Notes under the pieces: generated by a model | Seen by the model: the letters and a program-made list of their open reading frames with translations, nothing else | The model's database searches: none | Told to the model about the DNA's origin: nothing | Program-made: the position numbers and the translations under genes | Source: the human T2T-CHM13v2.0 reference genome, Homo sapiens | Strand: one strand, 5' to 3' | NCBI RefSeq assembly: GCF_009914755.1 | Contig: NC_060933.1 | DNA: 64,000 bases | In this document: positions 35,551-64,000 of the stretch, piece by piece | Layout: every line of letters begins with the position of its first letter | Numbering within the stretch: position 1 is the first letter of the stretch

Positions 35551-35944
35551 CTATCTGGGTTTCTGGGGCCTCTCATTGTCCCCAGAGAAGTTCAAAGGCA
35601 ACACTGGGCTCCATTGAGGCAGGGGATGCAGGGTTCAAACCCTGACCTCATCCCTGTGCAGCCTCTGTTTCACCCGACCCTACCAGCTTAGCCACCTCCG
35701 GAGGTTATCCACAAGATAGGTCCCATGCCTGCTCGGCGGGGGGTTCCTTCCCTTCTCTGCCTGGGGCAGGCATGCATGGCCCACATGAGGGGCCAGCCCG
35801 AAATGCCAGCAAATTAGTGTCCCAGGAGTGACCCTCAATCAGTGAGAGGGAGGAGGTGGGCAGTTCTTAGGGGTGCCCCCACACAGTAGCTCAGAGGTCC
35901 CCCACAAAAACTGAGCCCTAGTTGCACCCTGTTCCAAGGACTAT

Positions 35945-36450
35945 TGTAGCAACCATTTTACTATGCCGGCGGATTTACAGATCCAAAATTCAGACCAAGC
36001 ACACGGGGGAACGCTTGGCTCTGCCCCGCAGTGTCTGAGAATCCAGCTGGGAATACTGGAATGGTTGGCGGGCAACTTCAATGCCTAGAGATAAAAAAAC
36101 CCTGTGGTGGCATCTTTCCCTGAATGCCAGGCACTAAGCTGGGATGGTCTGAATCCTCAGCTCAGCTGGGGCAGATGACTGAAGTGCCCACACATGGCCT
36201 CGTCACGTAGCTTGGGCTTCCTCACTGCATGGCGGCCTCCAGTAGTCAGATTTCCAATAGGGCAGCTCAGGGGCTCCAGTGGACAAGGCAGGAAGCTGCA
36301 TTGCCTTTTATGACCTCATCAGGGATGGAAGTTACACACTGTCACGTTTGCTTTGCTATATTGGCTGAAGTTGTCACAAGTCCACCCAGATTCAATGGAA
36401 GGGGGTGTAGACTCTACCTCTTCATGGGAATTTGTGGCCATTTTAAAACT
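35945..36450 (-). mobile_element. MLT1 LTR
   Basis: cttgggcttcctcactgcatggcggcc..gccttttatgacct..gaagttacac..cccagattcaa. Confidence 0.75.
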
Positions 36451-36709
36451 TCCCCCACCCCAGCTGCTGGCAGGGCATCCTCGATTGGCTCTCCTCCCCT
36501 CCTGGTCTCTCTGCCCCTCACCCACACTGCCTGCACCCAGGTGTTTGTCTCAGCCACTCACTAACTGTGAGTCCCTAACCTCTCCCAGCCTTGGTTTCCT
36601 TAGCTATAAAATGGGGATACTAATGGTCCTGCCTCCCAGCGTCAGTGTGAGGAGTAACCAAGATGCACACATGCAGTGTTTGTAGCTGAGTGCTTAGTAT
36701 AGAGATTAG

Positions 36710-37023
<314 letters not shown>

Positions 37024-37224
37024 GGAGGTTTGCCATTTTTATGAACTATTTCCTCATGATTGTGGCTAAAGCCAGCTCTTGTATCCAGTAACTTCACTCC
37101 GAAAAATTGGTGGTGCTTCACTCACAGTCCTGGGTCCCAAATCTCTCTTATGCAGGCTGCCCACTCCCTTGAGGATGACAGCAACCCAGAGGGCAGCTAA
37201 GGTTACGGCTTAGGAATTTGGCAG

Positions 37225-37785
37225 GTGTGAGCAATTGCATTTTCAAATAACTGCAACAGCGTCTCCCTCCTATCCCACGGGCTTACCCACAAGGTGACTG
37301 ATTCTCCTGCCATCAAAAAGCAATGTCTGTGTCCCCTCCTCTTGAATCAGAATGGGCTTTTGTTGTCTGTTGCAACCAATACAGGAAGACAGAGGTGATT
37401 TCCCAAGCAAGGTCCAAGAGGCAGGCAGTGTCTACCTTGCTGGCCAGACTATCTCTCTTGAAGAAGCCTCGAGCCACCATGTGAGCAGTCCAAGGCCCTG
37501 AGACTGCTGCGTGGTGAGGCCACAGGAAGAGGACCTGACATTCATAAAGACAGACAGAGGCTCACTTAGCCCCCGGTGGTCCCAGACGCCCCGCCAACAG
37601 CAGCTTCTGCCCGCCCCTGCTATTCCGGCTCCAGTATCTGATTGTAGCCCCACACACGAGATGCTCCCCTGCCAGAAACACCCAGCTAAGCTCTCCCAAA
37701 TTCCTCACCCACAAAGTAAGCATAATAGAATGCTTGTTTTATGGTGCTAAAGTTTGGGGTAATTTATTACTTAGTAAGAGTAACC
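37225..37785 (+). mobile_element. MLT1 LTR
   Basis: cccctcctcttgaatc..gagccaccatgtgagcagtcc..cccagctaagc..ccaaattcc..ctaaagtttggggtaattt. Confidence 0.75.
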
Positions 37786-37786
37786 A

Positions 37787-39575
<1,789 letters not shown>

Positions 39576-39584
39576 TCCTGCCCC

Positions 39585-40798
<1,214 letters not shown>

Positions 40799-40866
40799 AT
40801 TTTCACCCAGCTTTCGTATCCTCATTATGAACTAAAGATTAAACTCTTTTTAAAAATGGATGTTTA

Positions 40867-42197
<1,331 letters not shown>

Positions 42198-42337
42198 TTA
42201 TGAAAAGGCAGTGCAGGCCTGGGCCTGTCCTCAGCACTGGCCCTTGTCAAGGCCTGTTTCCTTGAGCCTGGAGTCCTTTGGGAGCTGTGAGAATCAAAAG
42301 AGAAACGGCACACCTGTACATTTACTCATCCTTTTAA

Positions 42338-43240
<903 letters not shown>

Positions 43241-43497
43241 TGCCTGGCCTATTTAGTAGCTTTAAGCCACTCCCAAGTGGCTACATCCCAACTTCCATAG
43301 GGATACAATCCACATTGTTTTTCGTTTTATGATTCCCCTCACACTTGTTCCCTCCTTTGACATTGCTTTATTGCCCTCTCCAGTTCTCTTCTCTTCCCAA
43401 AAGCCCAAAGCAACAATCAGGGATGGCTAAGGTAGCTGGGCTGGTTGTTTTTGTTTTTTTTTTTTTTTTTTTGAGACAAGGTCTAGTTGTCGCCCAG

Positions 43498-43859
43498 TGT
43501 ATTAGTCTGTTCTCAAGCTACTAATAAAGACATACCCAGGACAGGTGATTTATATATATATGAGGTTTAATGGACTCACAGTTCCAGATGGCTAGGGAGG
43601 GCTCACAATCATGGCAGAAGGTGAAGGAGGAGCAAAGTCACGTCTTACATGGTGGCAGGCAAGAGAGTGTGTGCAGGGAAACTGCCCTTTGTAAAACCAT
43701 CAGATCTCACAAGACTCATTCACTATCACGAGAACAGCCTGGGAAAAACCACCTCCATGATTCAATTACCTCCCACCGGTTCCCTCTCATGACACTTGGG
43801 GATTATGGGAGCTACAGTTCAAGATGAGATTTGGGTGGGGACACAGCCAAACCATATCA
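43498..43859 (-). mobile_element. THE1B-like solo LTR inserted in an antisense AluJ (43447-44122)
   Basis: TGTATTAGTC...CAAACCATATCA termini. 5 bp TSD CCCAG (43493-43497 / 43860-43864). Confidence 0.93.
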
Positions 43860-43985
43860 CCCAGACTGGGGTGCAGTGGTGCAGTTATGGTTCACTTCCA
43901 CCTCAGCCTTCCCTGGCTCAGGTGATCCTTCCACCTCAGCCTTCCAAGTAGCTGGGACTACAGGTGTGCCACCATGCCTGGCTAA

Positions 43986-44736
<751 letters not shown>

Positions 44737-44761
44737 CAGAAGAGAAACTTCTGTTGGTCCC

Positions 44762-45270
44762 TGTGGTAGACAGAATTCTAAGACGGCCCCCGGGTTCCTG
44801 TCCCCTCGTGTACACGCCCTGCATAACCCTCTCACCTAGAGTGTAGGTGAGATCTGTAAATATGATCGGATCTTGTTCCTGCGGTTAGGTTACTAATCAG
44901 TTGATTTTTTACTCCATCAAAAGAAAGATTCTTCTGGATGGGCCTGACCTAATCAGGTGAGCCTTTAAGAGAAGGTGGAGTGTCAGAGGGAAGCATTCAC
45001 TCCTGCTGCTCCTGAACACCCTGCTCCCATAAATTCTACAGCTGCAAGAAAGGAGTTCTGCCAAAAAACACATACGCTTGGACCCCAAGCCTCAGATGGA
45101 ACCTCAGCCCCAGAAACACATTTATTTCAGCCTTGTAAGCCCTCAAGAAGAGAGTCCAGCTACACTCTGGCATGACTTATGACCTACAGAACTGTGAGAT
45201 AATATACCTGTGTGGTTTTAAGCTGCTAAATTTGTGGTTGTTTGTTACACAACAATAGAAAACTAATATG
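44762..45270 (+). mobile_element. MLT1E-like solo LTR
   Basis: tgtggtagacagaattctaagacggcccc..gggcctgacctaatcaggtgagcc..gacctacagaactgtgagataat..caatagaaaactaata. Confidence 0.85.
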
Positions 45271-45361
45271 ATATTATTAAGGGCAGCCTTCCATGTAAGA
45301 GAAAGCTATGTAACTATGGCTAGTTCCTCAGTGTGCCTGAGCCATTGTGAATAATGCCGAC

Positions 45362-45397
<36 letters not shown>

Positions 45398-45402
45398 GGG
45401 TA

Positions 45403-45981
<579 letters not shown>

Positions 45982-46537
45982 CCAGGATTCTGGATGCGTC
46001 ACTTGACTTCACTGTGCCTGACTTTCTTTGTTATAAAATGGATCTGATGTTCACCTACTTCGCCTCACAAAGATGATGGAAAGGACAAGAGGATAAGAGA
46101 GAGAGAGTAATTCCGCACCTCAAAAGGAAAATGAACAAATTCGAGTCCAATCCTTTCTTTTTGTGTAACTCTGTCATAGACACAGACCGTTTTGTCTGCT
46201 GGGTAAACACTGCATCAACACAGTGCATTTGGAGAGAATGGTTCCGTCGTTCCACTCCAACTTCATGGTTGATGGGGCTCCAACCTTGGCCACTCTTGAT
46301 TGGTTTAGGGATGATACCTGACCTTTCTGAGCCAATCGGAATCTTGCCTTGTGATTCTAGAACTGAGATGGCAAAGTCAGTTTCTTTTCAGTAGCTGAAA
46401 ATGAAGTCATGTAAACTCCTAAGTTCATCTGAGGCTAAGCAGGGCTGTTTGCTCCAATATTCCATCATCCAGGCTGAGGAACAAAAATAGCAGGTTGGCC
46501 ACAGGAAAGAAGGATGAGGCCAAAAGAGGTACACAAG

Positions 46538-48100
<1,563 letters not shown>

Positions 48101-48104
48101 CATC

Positions 48105-49679
<1,575 letters not shown>

Positions 49680-50228
49680 TGAAATATTTAGTAATCATTT
49701 CTGTATGCTTCGTGGCATTTAATATGCAGCCAGTTTTTGACAAATGTCATGCTTGAACAAGTTTCTCACAATCCAAAGTGAAAAGTCTCCCAGATCATAC
49801 ACAAAACAAAACCAAAATACAATAGCTGGGGCTGGTCGATCTGAAGGGGATATACCCAATCTTGCAAGGGTTTCTTTGGCTGAGTTTTTCCCACAAGCCA
49901 GTGAGCTTTGTATTCACAGGCAAAACCCCGCCTGAGACACCTGTCAGCCACCACCATTACTTGCTGCAATAAAGGTATAGATGAATGTTCTCAGACTTTT
50001 TGAGGGTAGATTTGAGAGACCACCTAGAGGCCTAAGGTAGAAAATCAGGCCATATCATATGGTCAGAATTGATCCTATTTATAATAGCCAGTTAAATATA
50101 TGTGAGTAACTCTTCTGTGTAAAGACCTCATTACAATGAAAGTATCTCCAGGCAATCACAAGGATGAGGGGAAAACAAAATATTAAAAATGAAAGTAAAA
50201 ATATTAAAGGTTTAAAAGCTATAGTATC

Positions 50229-55781
<5,553 letters not shown>

Positions 55782-55888
55782 TTACTAGCCAAATTTACTA
55801 AGTTTCTTTGAACTTACTTGAGAGTGTAGCACTACTCTATGGTACCAGCAGGGTGGTACGAGGCCAAAGGTGGAATCGGGGAGATATA

Positions 55889-56500
55889 CAGTCACTTTCC
55901 TGTCAACAATGGACAGCATATTTGACGGTGGTTCCATGAAATTATAACACTGGGCCGAGCTTGGTGGCTCACACCTGTAATCCCAGCACTTTGGGAGGCT
56001 GAGGAGCGTGGATCACCTGAGGTTAGGAGTTCAAGACTAGCCTGGCCAACATGGCGAAACCCCATCTGTATTACAAATACAAAAATTAGCTGGGTGTGGT
56101 GGTGGGCGCCTGTAATCCCAGCTACCTGGGAGGCTGAGGTAGAGACAATTGCTTGAAGCCGGGAGGTGGAGGTTGCAGCGAGCCACAATCATGCCACTGC
56201 GCTCCAGCCTGGAAGACAGAGCAAGACTCGGTCTAAAAAAAAAAAAAAAAAGATTATAACACTGTATTTTTACTGTATCTTTTCTATGTTTAGATACATG
56301 AATACCTACCACTGTGTTACAACTGCCTACAGTAGTCCATATAGTACCATGCTGTACAGGTTTGTGACCTAGGAGCAATAGCCTACCCCATATAGCCTAG
56401 GTGTTGTAGTAGGCTATACTATCTTGGTTTGTGTAAGTATGCTTTGAGATGTTCACATCATGATCCATTTCTCAGAACATAGTCCCATCACTAAGTGACA
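55889..56500 (+). mobile_element. Tigger3a/MER7A-like element interrupted by an Alu (55952-56251)
   Basis: gacggtggttccat..catgctgtacaggtttgt..cctaggagcaatag..catatagcctaggtgt..catttctcagaac. Alu TSD ATTATAACACTG. Confidence 0.85.
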
Positions 56501-56999
56501 ATTACATATATACATATACATATGCATTCCCTATTAAAGGTAGATTCTAATTTACTCTCAGATGCTAAGACAAAGAGAACTATTCCAATCATTGGATCAC
56601 TCCTATTGCTCCAAGGCATGCCTGTATCCCTCAGTCAGTGTTGGAGAGTCTTAATAATTCTATTTTTAAATTTTCAGATTTCATGCTGACATGCTCCTTA
56701 GTCTGCACTTGAAATTCCAGTGGACACTTGACATTGGAAAAGGTCTGCTCTGGGGACCTGTGAAAATCTCTAAATGGAGAATTCTCTCACTCACGATTTA
56801 TCGCTATAAGCTATTTCTGCCTCAGAGATATAAACAACGCAGATCTTGGGATGGCAAGGCAAAGCTTCCCCAAATTACAAATGACCAGATGCTGAGGGTC
56901 TTTAGGGTAGTTAACGAATTCTGGAAACCACCCATGTTATATCCTTTAAAATCTACTGTACAACATTCTCCATGCTTATTTTTTTCTCTTGATGTATTT

Positions 57000-57490
57000 G
57001 AAAAATCATGTTACTATTCAAACATATTTGCTGTTTCTCCCTGGAGATGGACTATATTTCTCTGCCACTTGATCAGTGCTTGGCCACGGCTTGCTTTGGC
57101 CAATTAAATGTGAGCAGAAGTGCCATATGCCACCAACTTCTAGGCAAAAGCTTTAAAAGCCAATGTATGCTTCATACTTCTGCATCTTATTGACAACAGG
57201 CAAACATTCTTCAACCAATAAAACATGAACAAAAGTAGTGCCTAGCATTTGAGGAAGAAGCTTTAAAAACCAGTTCGTGCTTTGTCACTCGCTTCTTCCT
57301 CTGCCCTGATAAAGTTTAATGTTCCAGACAGAGGCTGCTATCAGCCTTGGCTGAAGAGTAAACAGGACACGTAGTGGAGGCAACACCATGTTCATGTATC
57401 CAGTGAGAAATAACCTGTATTGTTGTAAGCTACTGAGGTTTTAAGGCTTGTTACTGTAGCATAACCTAGACTCTCCTCATTGATACAGTT
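57000..57490 (+). mobile_element. MLT1H/I-like LTR
   Basis: cttgctttggccaat..aatgtgagcagaagtg..gttccaga..gagaaataacc..ttgttgtaagctactgag. Confidence 0.7.
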
Positions 57491-57567
57491 TCATTTTAGC
57501 GTGGCTTCTAGTTGGTAGTATCTAGAGGCATTGCAATGTTATCAATAGGAATGGTTTGCAAAACTAG

Positions 57568-59542
<1,975 letters not shown>

Positions 59543-60433
59543 GTATTGGATTTTATTTATTTCCTTTTCTTGGTGCTCATCCTCCTTCACAACTTCAAGA
59601 TGGGCATAAGATGTTTGACAACATGGTTCTTCATTAAGTCCAACTCCTTATCATAATAGGGCTTGGGAAATATTAAACACGAGGGCAATCGTGCTAACAC
59701 AAAAATGGGCGCCCCCTAAACCTTGTTACTTGTTTGCTCACTTATAAGAAGAGCCAACTCAAAGGCTCAACTGAATTCTAGCACTAAGATTCCTTCCTTG
59801 CTGTAGAAGATCTGTACCTGGTCACTTCCATTAAAGTTACATAGGCGTTCCAAGAAGCCTCCTGCAATACAGTTGTGACTCAGCCGGTATGGGAGTAATG
59901 ACGGTCCTGTGGTATTTCCTGCACCCCCAGAGTCCCAGAGTTTGTTAAGGACCGTGTAAGAGGACACCACGCTGGCTTTTCAGTGGGCGCGTCTCTCCTG
60001 GGGGCATCACCAGACAACCCCAGGCGGAAGTGGCGGTGGCCCATCCTCATGCAAACTGCAGTGTAAGAACTGGGGCCCGGGACTCCTCGCAAATGTGGGA
60101 CACTGACATTCTGTGATGCTGTCCCAATGCCCTTTCAAAGCGCTCAGCCCCCAAATTCCCAACCAACAGCCATTTCAGGGAGGGGCTACCCAGGACCAGG
60201 CTTTTGATGAACCACGACTGTTCGGGGTGCCGTCTTGGGAGAGCCACGTCAGTCCCTCTGAGATTCCAAACGGCCGACAGCGGACACCTCGGGACCACAT
60301 CCAAGCCTCGGGGACCTGTCAAGACGCCATCGACGGTCCTGGACCAAATCCCGCCCGGGAAGGGAAGGGTCGCGACCGGACCCTGGAGACCCACGGCTGC
60401 CTGGCGATCTGAGCCCACCCCGGCGCTGCCGTC

Positions 60434-60536
60434 CCGCCCCCACTTCCGATCGGTCGAAGGTCACGTGCCCTGACCCCGCCCCGCAGACGCGACTCCTCCA
60501 GCTGCGAGCGTCCCGGCTTTCCCTTCCGCCGGAAGT
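60434..60536. promoter_or_regulatory. Proximal promoter motif cluster: GC boxes, ETS sites, E-box
   Basis: CCGCCCC at 60434 and ~60476 (SP/KLF). ACTTCCG at 60442 (ETS, minus strand). GTCACGTG at 60460-60467 (USF/MiT-type E-box). Inverted ETS pair CTTCCG-C-CGGAAGT at 60523-60536. Confidence 0.7.
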
Positions 60537-60601
60537 AGGGCGACTTTCCTTTTCCGGCTACGGGTCCCCAAGCGGAGCGGGAGGCCGGACCGGGGAGCCG
60601 A

Positions 60602-60603
60602 GC

Positions 60604-60634
<31 letters not shown>

Positions 60635-60650
60635 ACGGCGGCGGGGGCGG
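60602..60650 (+). repeat. Interrupted (GCG/CGG)n tract in the FUBP3 5' UTR
   Basis: gcg gcg gcg tcg gcg gcg tcg gcg gcg gcg gcg acg gcg gcg ggg gcg, ending one codon before the ATG. Confidence 0.9.
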
Positions 60651-60652
60651 TA

Positions 60653-60736
60653 ATGGCGGAGCTGGTGCAGGGGCAGAGCGCTCCTGTGGGGATGAAGGCC
60701 GAGGGCTTCGTGGATGCCCTGCACCGGGTCCGGCAG
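60653..60736 (+). CDS. FUBP3: FUBP3 (far upstream element binding protein 3), first coding exon, 28 codons; the rest of the gene lies beyond the window
   Basis: Translates to MAELVQGQSAPVGMKAEGFVDALHRVRQ, which I recognise as the FUBP3 N-terminus (N-box helix). Strong Kozak context gtaATGg. Phase-0 donor CAG|GTACGG at 60737. Lies in a CpG island. Confidence 0.97.
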
Positions 60737-63700
60737 GTACGGGCGCAGCCGGCTGGCAGGAGCACGAGATCCCGAGGCGGGGCCTGGCGGGCGGGGAAGA
60801 GGGGTTCGGGCCTGGGGGGCGGGAGGCAGCCTGAACCGACGTCTCAGCCGGGCCGGGCCGTTCCGTGGAGTTCCTACAGCCGGGAGGAGCCGGGGGGATA
60901 AGGCGCCACTGCGAGGCCCAGGCCCGGCCTGTCGGGCGGGTCTCCCAGGTGCCTGAAGTCGCTGGGAAAGGGTTTGCTTAGAGCGTCTGGCCCCATCGTG
61001 CCCCAGCGGCCAGCCTGGACCCACAGTGTAGCTAGCGCGGGGTTCTGAACCTCGCGAGGGGAGGGGTCCGGGAAGCCCACGGGGAGGATCTGGGTGTAGA
61101 CATAAAGCAGCTGTCTGACGCCCAGTAGCTTGTTAAAACTTGGGGAACATCGTCTTTAGACTTTCTGTTGAGTAGAAGGAACTCGAGGGCATCTTATATG
61201 TGAGGGTGCTCTTTGGAGAGGTGAGAGAGGGAGGTGTTACATGTGTGGGGGTGGTCCCCAAGATGTAGAAATTTCTCATGGCAAGCTTGCCTCTACTGGG
61301 GAGAATGATATGGCCTCATTCCGACATTGAAACTTTACTGTCTGACAATGTCGTGCATTTAATCAAAGTTAAATTAACTGGGTTTTAGAAGGCTCCAGGC
61401 TTCCCCAGAGAGTGAATATGGGACCTGCCAAAAATACTTACTGGCTTCTGGCATGGTACTTAGAACAGAACGTGTTCTTCATTTGTATCTAAAACTTACT
61501 TACAAGTCAGCCCTAACACTTCAGCTTCCTCGGTTAAGTGTCTTATGTCCTCCTCTCTTCTTATGTAATTGTAAGCGCACTGATACTTTAAAAGTTGGGC
61601 TATAACTAATTACTGCTTGATTCCTAACAGAAAGCCACAGGAGTCATTGTATTAGAAGAAGGTCTTCACTCGGGCGCTTGAAGATATGGTCTTTACATCT
61701 CTTTCCAGTATTCCAGGGGAGGGAACCCTACCTGTTTCCCTGATAACTGACTTTTCATGTTATATATTGATGCTCCTATAGACATTATATTGGATCCCAG
61801 AACTTTCCAAACCTGTGGTTCCACCTAAAATTTTATCTGATGAATTGTTACTTTACTGCCTAGCTGCCAACCAGTACAGTAGTGAGTATCCATCTTACTT
61901 AGACTTCAGATCCACCCATGGCTGTAATGGATGAACATGCCACCCAGCTCCCCTTCCACCACTCTGCTTGCTGGCGTGTTACAGTGCTCTCCTCTACAGT
62001 ACAGGGTCCTGAACCTTGTTTCTCACTGGCTACTAATATGTAATGGCTTTCGCTCTGTGCTGATGTGTGACAGTCACCTTGTTGGCCTTCTATGTCCGGG
62101 AAGAATTATAGTCACTGCCCTAAAGGGCTCAGATCCTCAGTTTGCAGAAGGCCTGTAGTTGAACATAAAGTGAATTTTGAACCATTGAGAAGACATTCCG
62201 CTTCTCTTGAGCCAGTGGTTGAACTCATATTCTTGGACAACCTGCTCCAGAGGGAGACCCTCTGGTAAATGCTGACCTAATGTGGATTGTTGAAGCAGTG
62301 GTGTTTACTACTAGCAGTGAAAACTTCATTGGAATTGTTCTCAGCTCTGAAATGCACCATTGACTGGAGCAGTAATAAGCCCAATGGAGACAGGGCTGTA
62401 AGTGTGTTCCTTCTGAATGTTAACAGCTGGAGGTCCATACTATCTCCAAGGATTTGATGGCCTTTAAAAACTAAAGAAAAACCAGGTTGGTGGGTAATTT
62501 TAGGTTTATTGTATATAGATTTGCATTGGGCAAGAACGGAATGTTAGAAATCTGTAATACTGTATGCTGATGGTAAACTTACTGTAAGGATCTCATTTGG
62601 GTATCTGGAAGGTGATAGTTCTGTTTCTTTGTTATATACACAGCATGTTACAGAGATGTGATTTTTCTCCCCATTAAACAGAACTAAAAGACAGTATATT
62701 TATTTAAACGCAAAGCTTTTTCCCCTTTTATGTCTCCTCATAAACTCCAGAGACAGTCTGGAAGGCCCTCTTAAATTTGTCAAAGAGCAGTAAAGTGTCT
62801 CACGCTCAGTTTTTCTAGCAGATCGTAATACTCTCAGTTGACCCTGCTGGGATTTGAACCTGCAGTTTCTATTAAGTTTGGTGTGTGAAGTCCAACACCT
62901 TATCAACTAGGCTTTCCCTCTGACATCTTGAAGCCTCCGTGTATATCCTTTGGACTCTGCAGCAAAGTGCATCAGTTGTTAGTTTACTCTGAGCATGGTA
63001 TTCTTAGATTGAAAAGAAGTCTCTGAAGATGTCAAATAAAATGTAAACATTTTCTCCAGCAGTGTGAAGTCTAGTGAGTTAATGTTTGGCACAAGCAGGT
63101 AATTTACATCCATTCTATAGGGTAGTAGAAATGTGATCTGGGCAAGTCACAGTGGCTCATGCTTGTAATCTCAGCACTTTGGGAGGCTGAGGTAGGAGGA
63201 TGGCTTGAGCTCAGGGGTTTGATACCAGCCTGGGCAACATAGCGAGACCTTGTCTCTACTAAAAATTAAAAAAATTAGCTGGATGTGGTGGCCCACCCCT
63301 GCAGTCTCAGCTGTTTGGGAGGCTGAAGCAAGAGGCTAGCTTGAGCATGGAGATCAAGGCTGCAGTGAGCTGTGATTGCTCCGCTGCATTCCAGCCTGAG
63401 TGACAGAGTGAGACACTGTCTCAAAAAAAAAAAAAGAAAAAGAAAAAGAAAGAAATGTGATCTCATTCAGTTCCATGGATGAAGATCTAAAAACTGCTGG
63501 ATATTAAAAAACATCTGTCTACTTTTCCCAAGTCATTGGCTGGTTAGCAGAAGTAGTGTTTCTTCAACTAGTTCAGATAAGACAAAATCCTGAGTAGTTC
63601 ATCCTGTTCCACAGCCGTCCTCTGCACTTCTATACTGACTGTCTGCCTAGGTTACAAGGGGACCTCTGGATGAGTAGATCCAAGTCTGGTTTATGTTGTT

Positions 63701-64000
63701 CCATTCTCCTAAAAATATTTTTAAATGTTCCTAGAAGGTCTACCATTGATAACTTAGTAGCACCTGTCATCACCCGTGAGCAATCCCTTGTTAGGAGAGT
63801 GTGATGCCACAGTGCATTATAGGTTGACAGCAGCCTTCCACAAGCTGGACCAGCTAGCTGTCTGCCAGTCGTCGCCTAAATAGAAATTGTTCTCCGAGAA
63901 ACTACTAATACTTTTTAGGACTTTAAAAAGCATTAGATCTGTTTTGATCTAGATAGACCCACTCAATGCCTCTGGATTGTATAACTACAGCATATAATGT
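60737..64000 (+). other. FUBP3: FUBP3 intron 1 (partial)
   Basis: Starts with GT right after exon 1. I could not find the next expected residues (IAAKID...) in the remaining sequence. Confidence 0.9.
63140..63455 (+). mobile_element. AluJ in FUBP3 intron 1
   Basis: Full dimer. TSD AGAAATGTGATCT. Confidence 0.92.

Larger units (their letters stand above)
60180..61070. promoter_or_regulatory. FUBP3: CpG island / FUBP3 promoter
   Basis: Sharp rise in GC content and CpG density around exon 1, against CpG-depleted flanks. No TATA box seen. Confidence 0.92.

Noticed and set aside
60319-61024. 148 aa and 187 aa antisense ORFs over the CpG island, and the 82 aa read-through of exon 1
   Set aside because: Stop codons are scarce in GC-rich DNA. 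The real frame is spliced at 60736.

Overview
Human (primate) genomic DNA. The only protein-coding sequence I can support is exon 1 of FUBP3 (ATG 60653, MAELVQGQSAPVGMKAEGFVDALHRVRQ, GT donor at 60737). It sits in a CpG-island promoter (~60.2-61.1 kb) and is followed by the start of intron 1. From recollection this places the window at chr9q34, in the intergenic interval between ASS1 and FUBP3. The upstream ~60 kb is very Alu-dense (roughly 70 full or partial copies, many nested) and also holds MaLR/ERV1 solo LTRs, Tigger/hAT/mariner fossils, fragmented L1M, MIR/L2 and microsatellites. Almost all ORFs in the track are Alu-derived or random. I found no new multi-gene system. The most interesting signals are structural and regulatory: (i) a MER57 LTR apparently split by a ~3 kb inversion, with a matching TSD; (ii) a ~108 bp inverted, locally templated insertion with a 9 bp target duplication; (iii) a perfect 99 bp microhomology-flanked tandem duplication; (iv) an in-frame ACG/poly-Ala extension and a TCT/TOP-like tract in the FUBP3 5' region; (v) a (GGAA)13 microsatellite; (vi) three repeat-free, enhancer-like islands. 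Repeat family names come from remembered consensus sequences, and boundaries are approximate unless a TSD is quoted.
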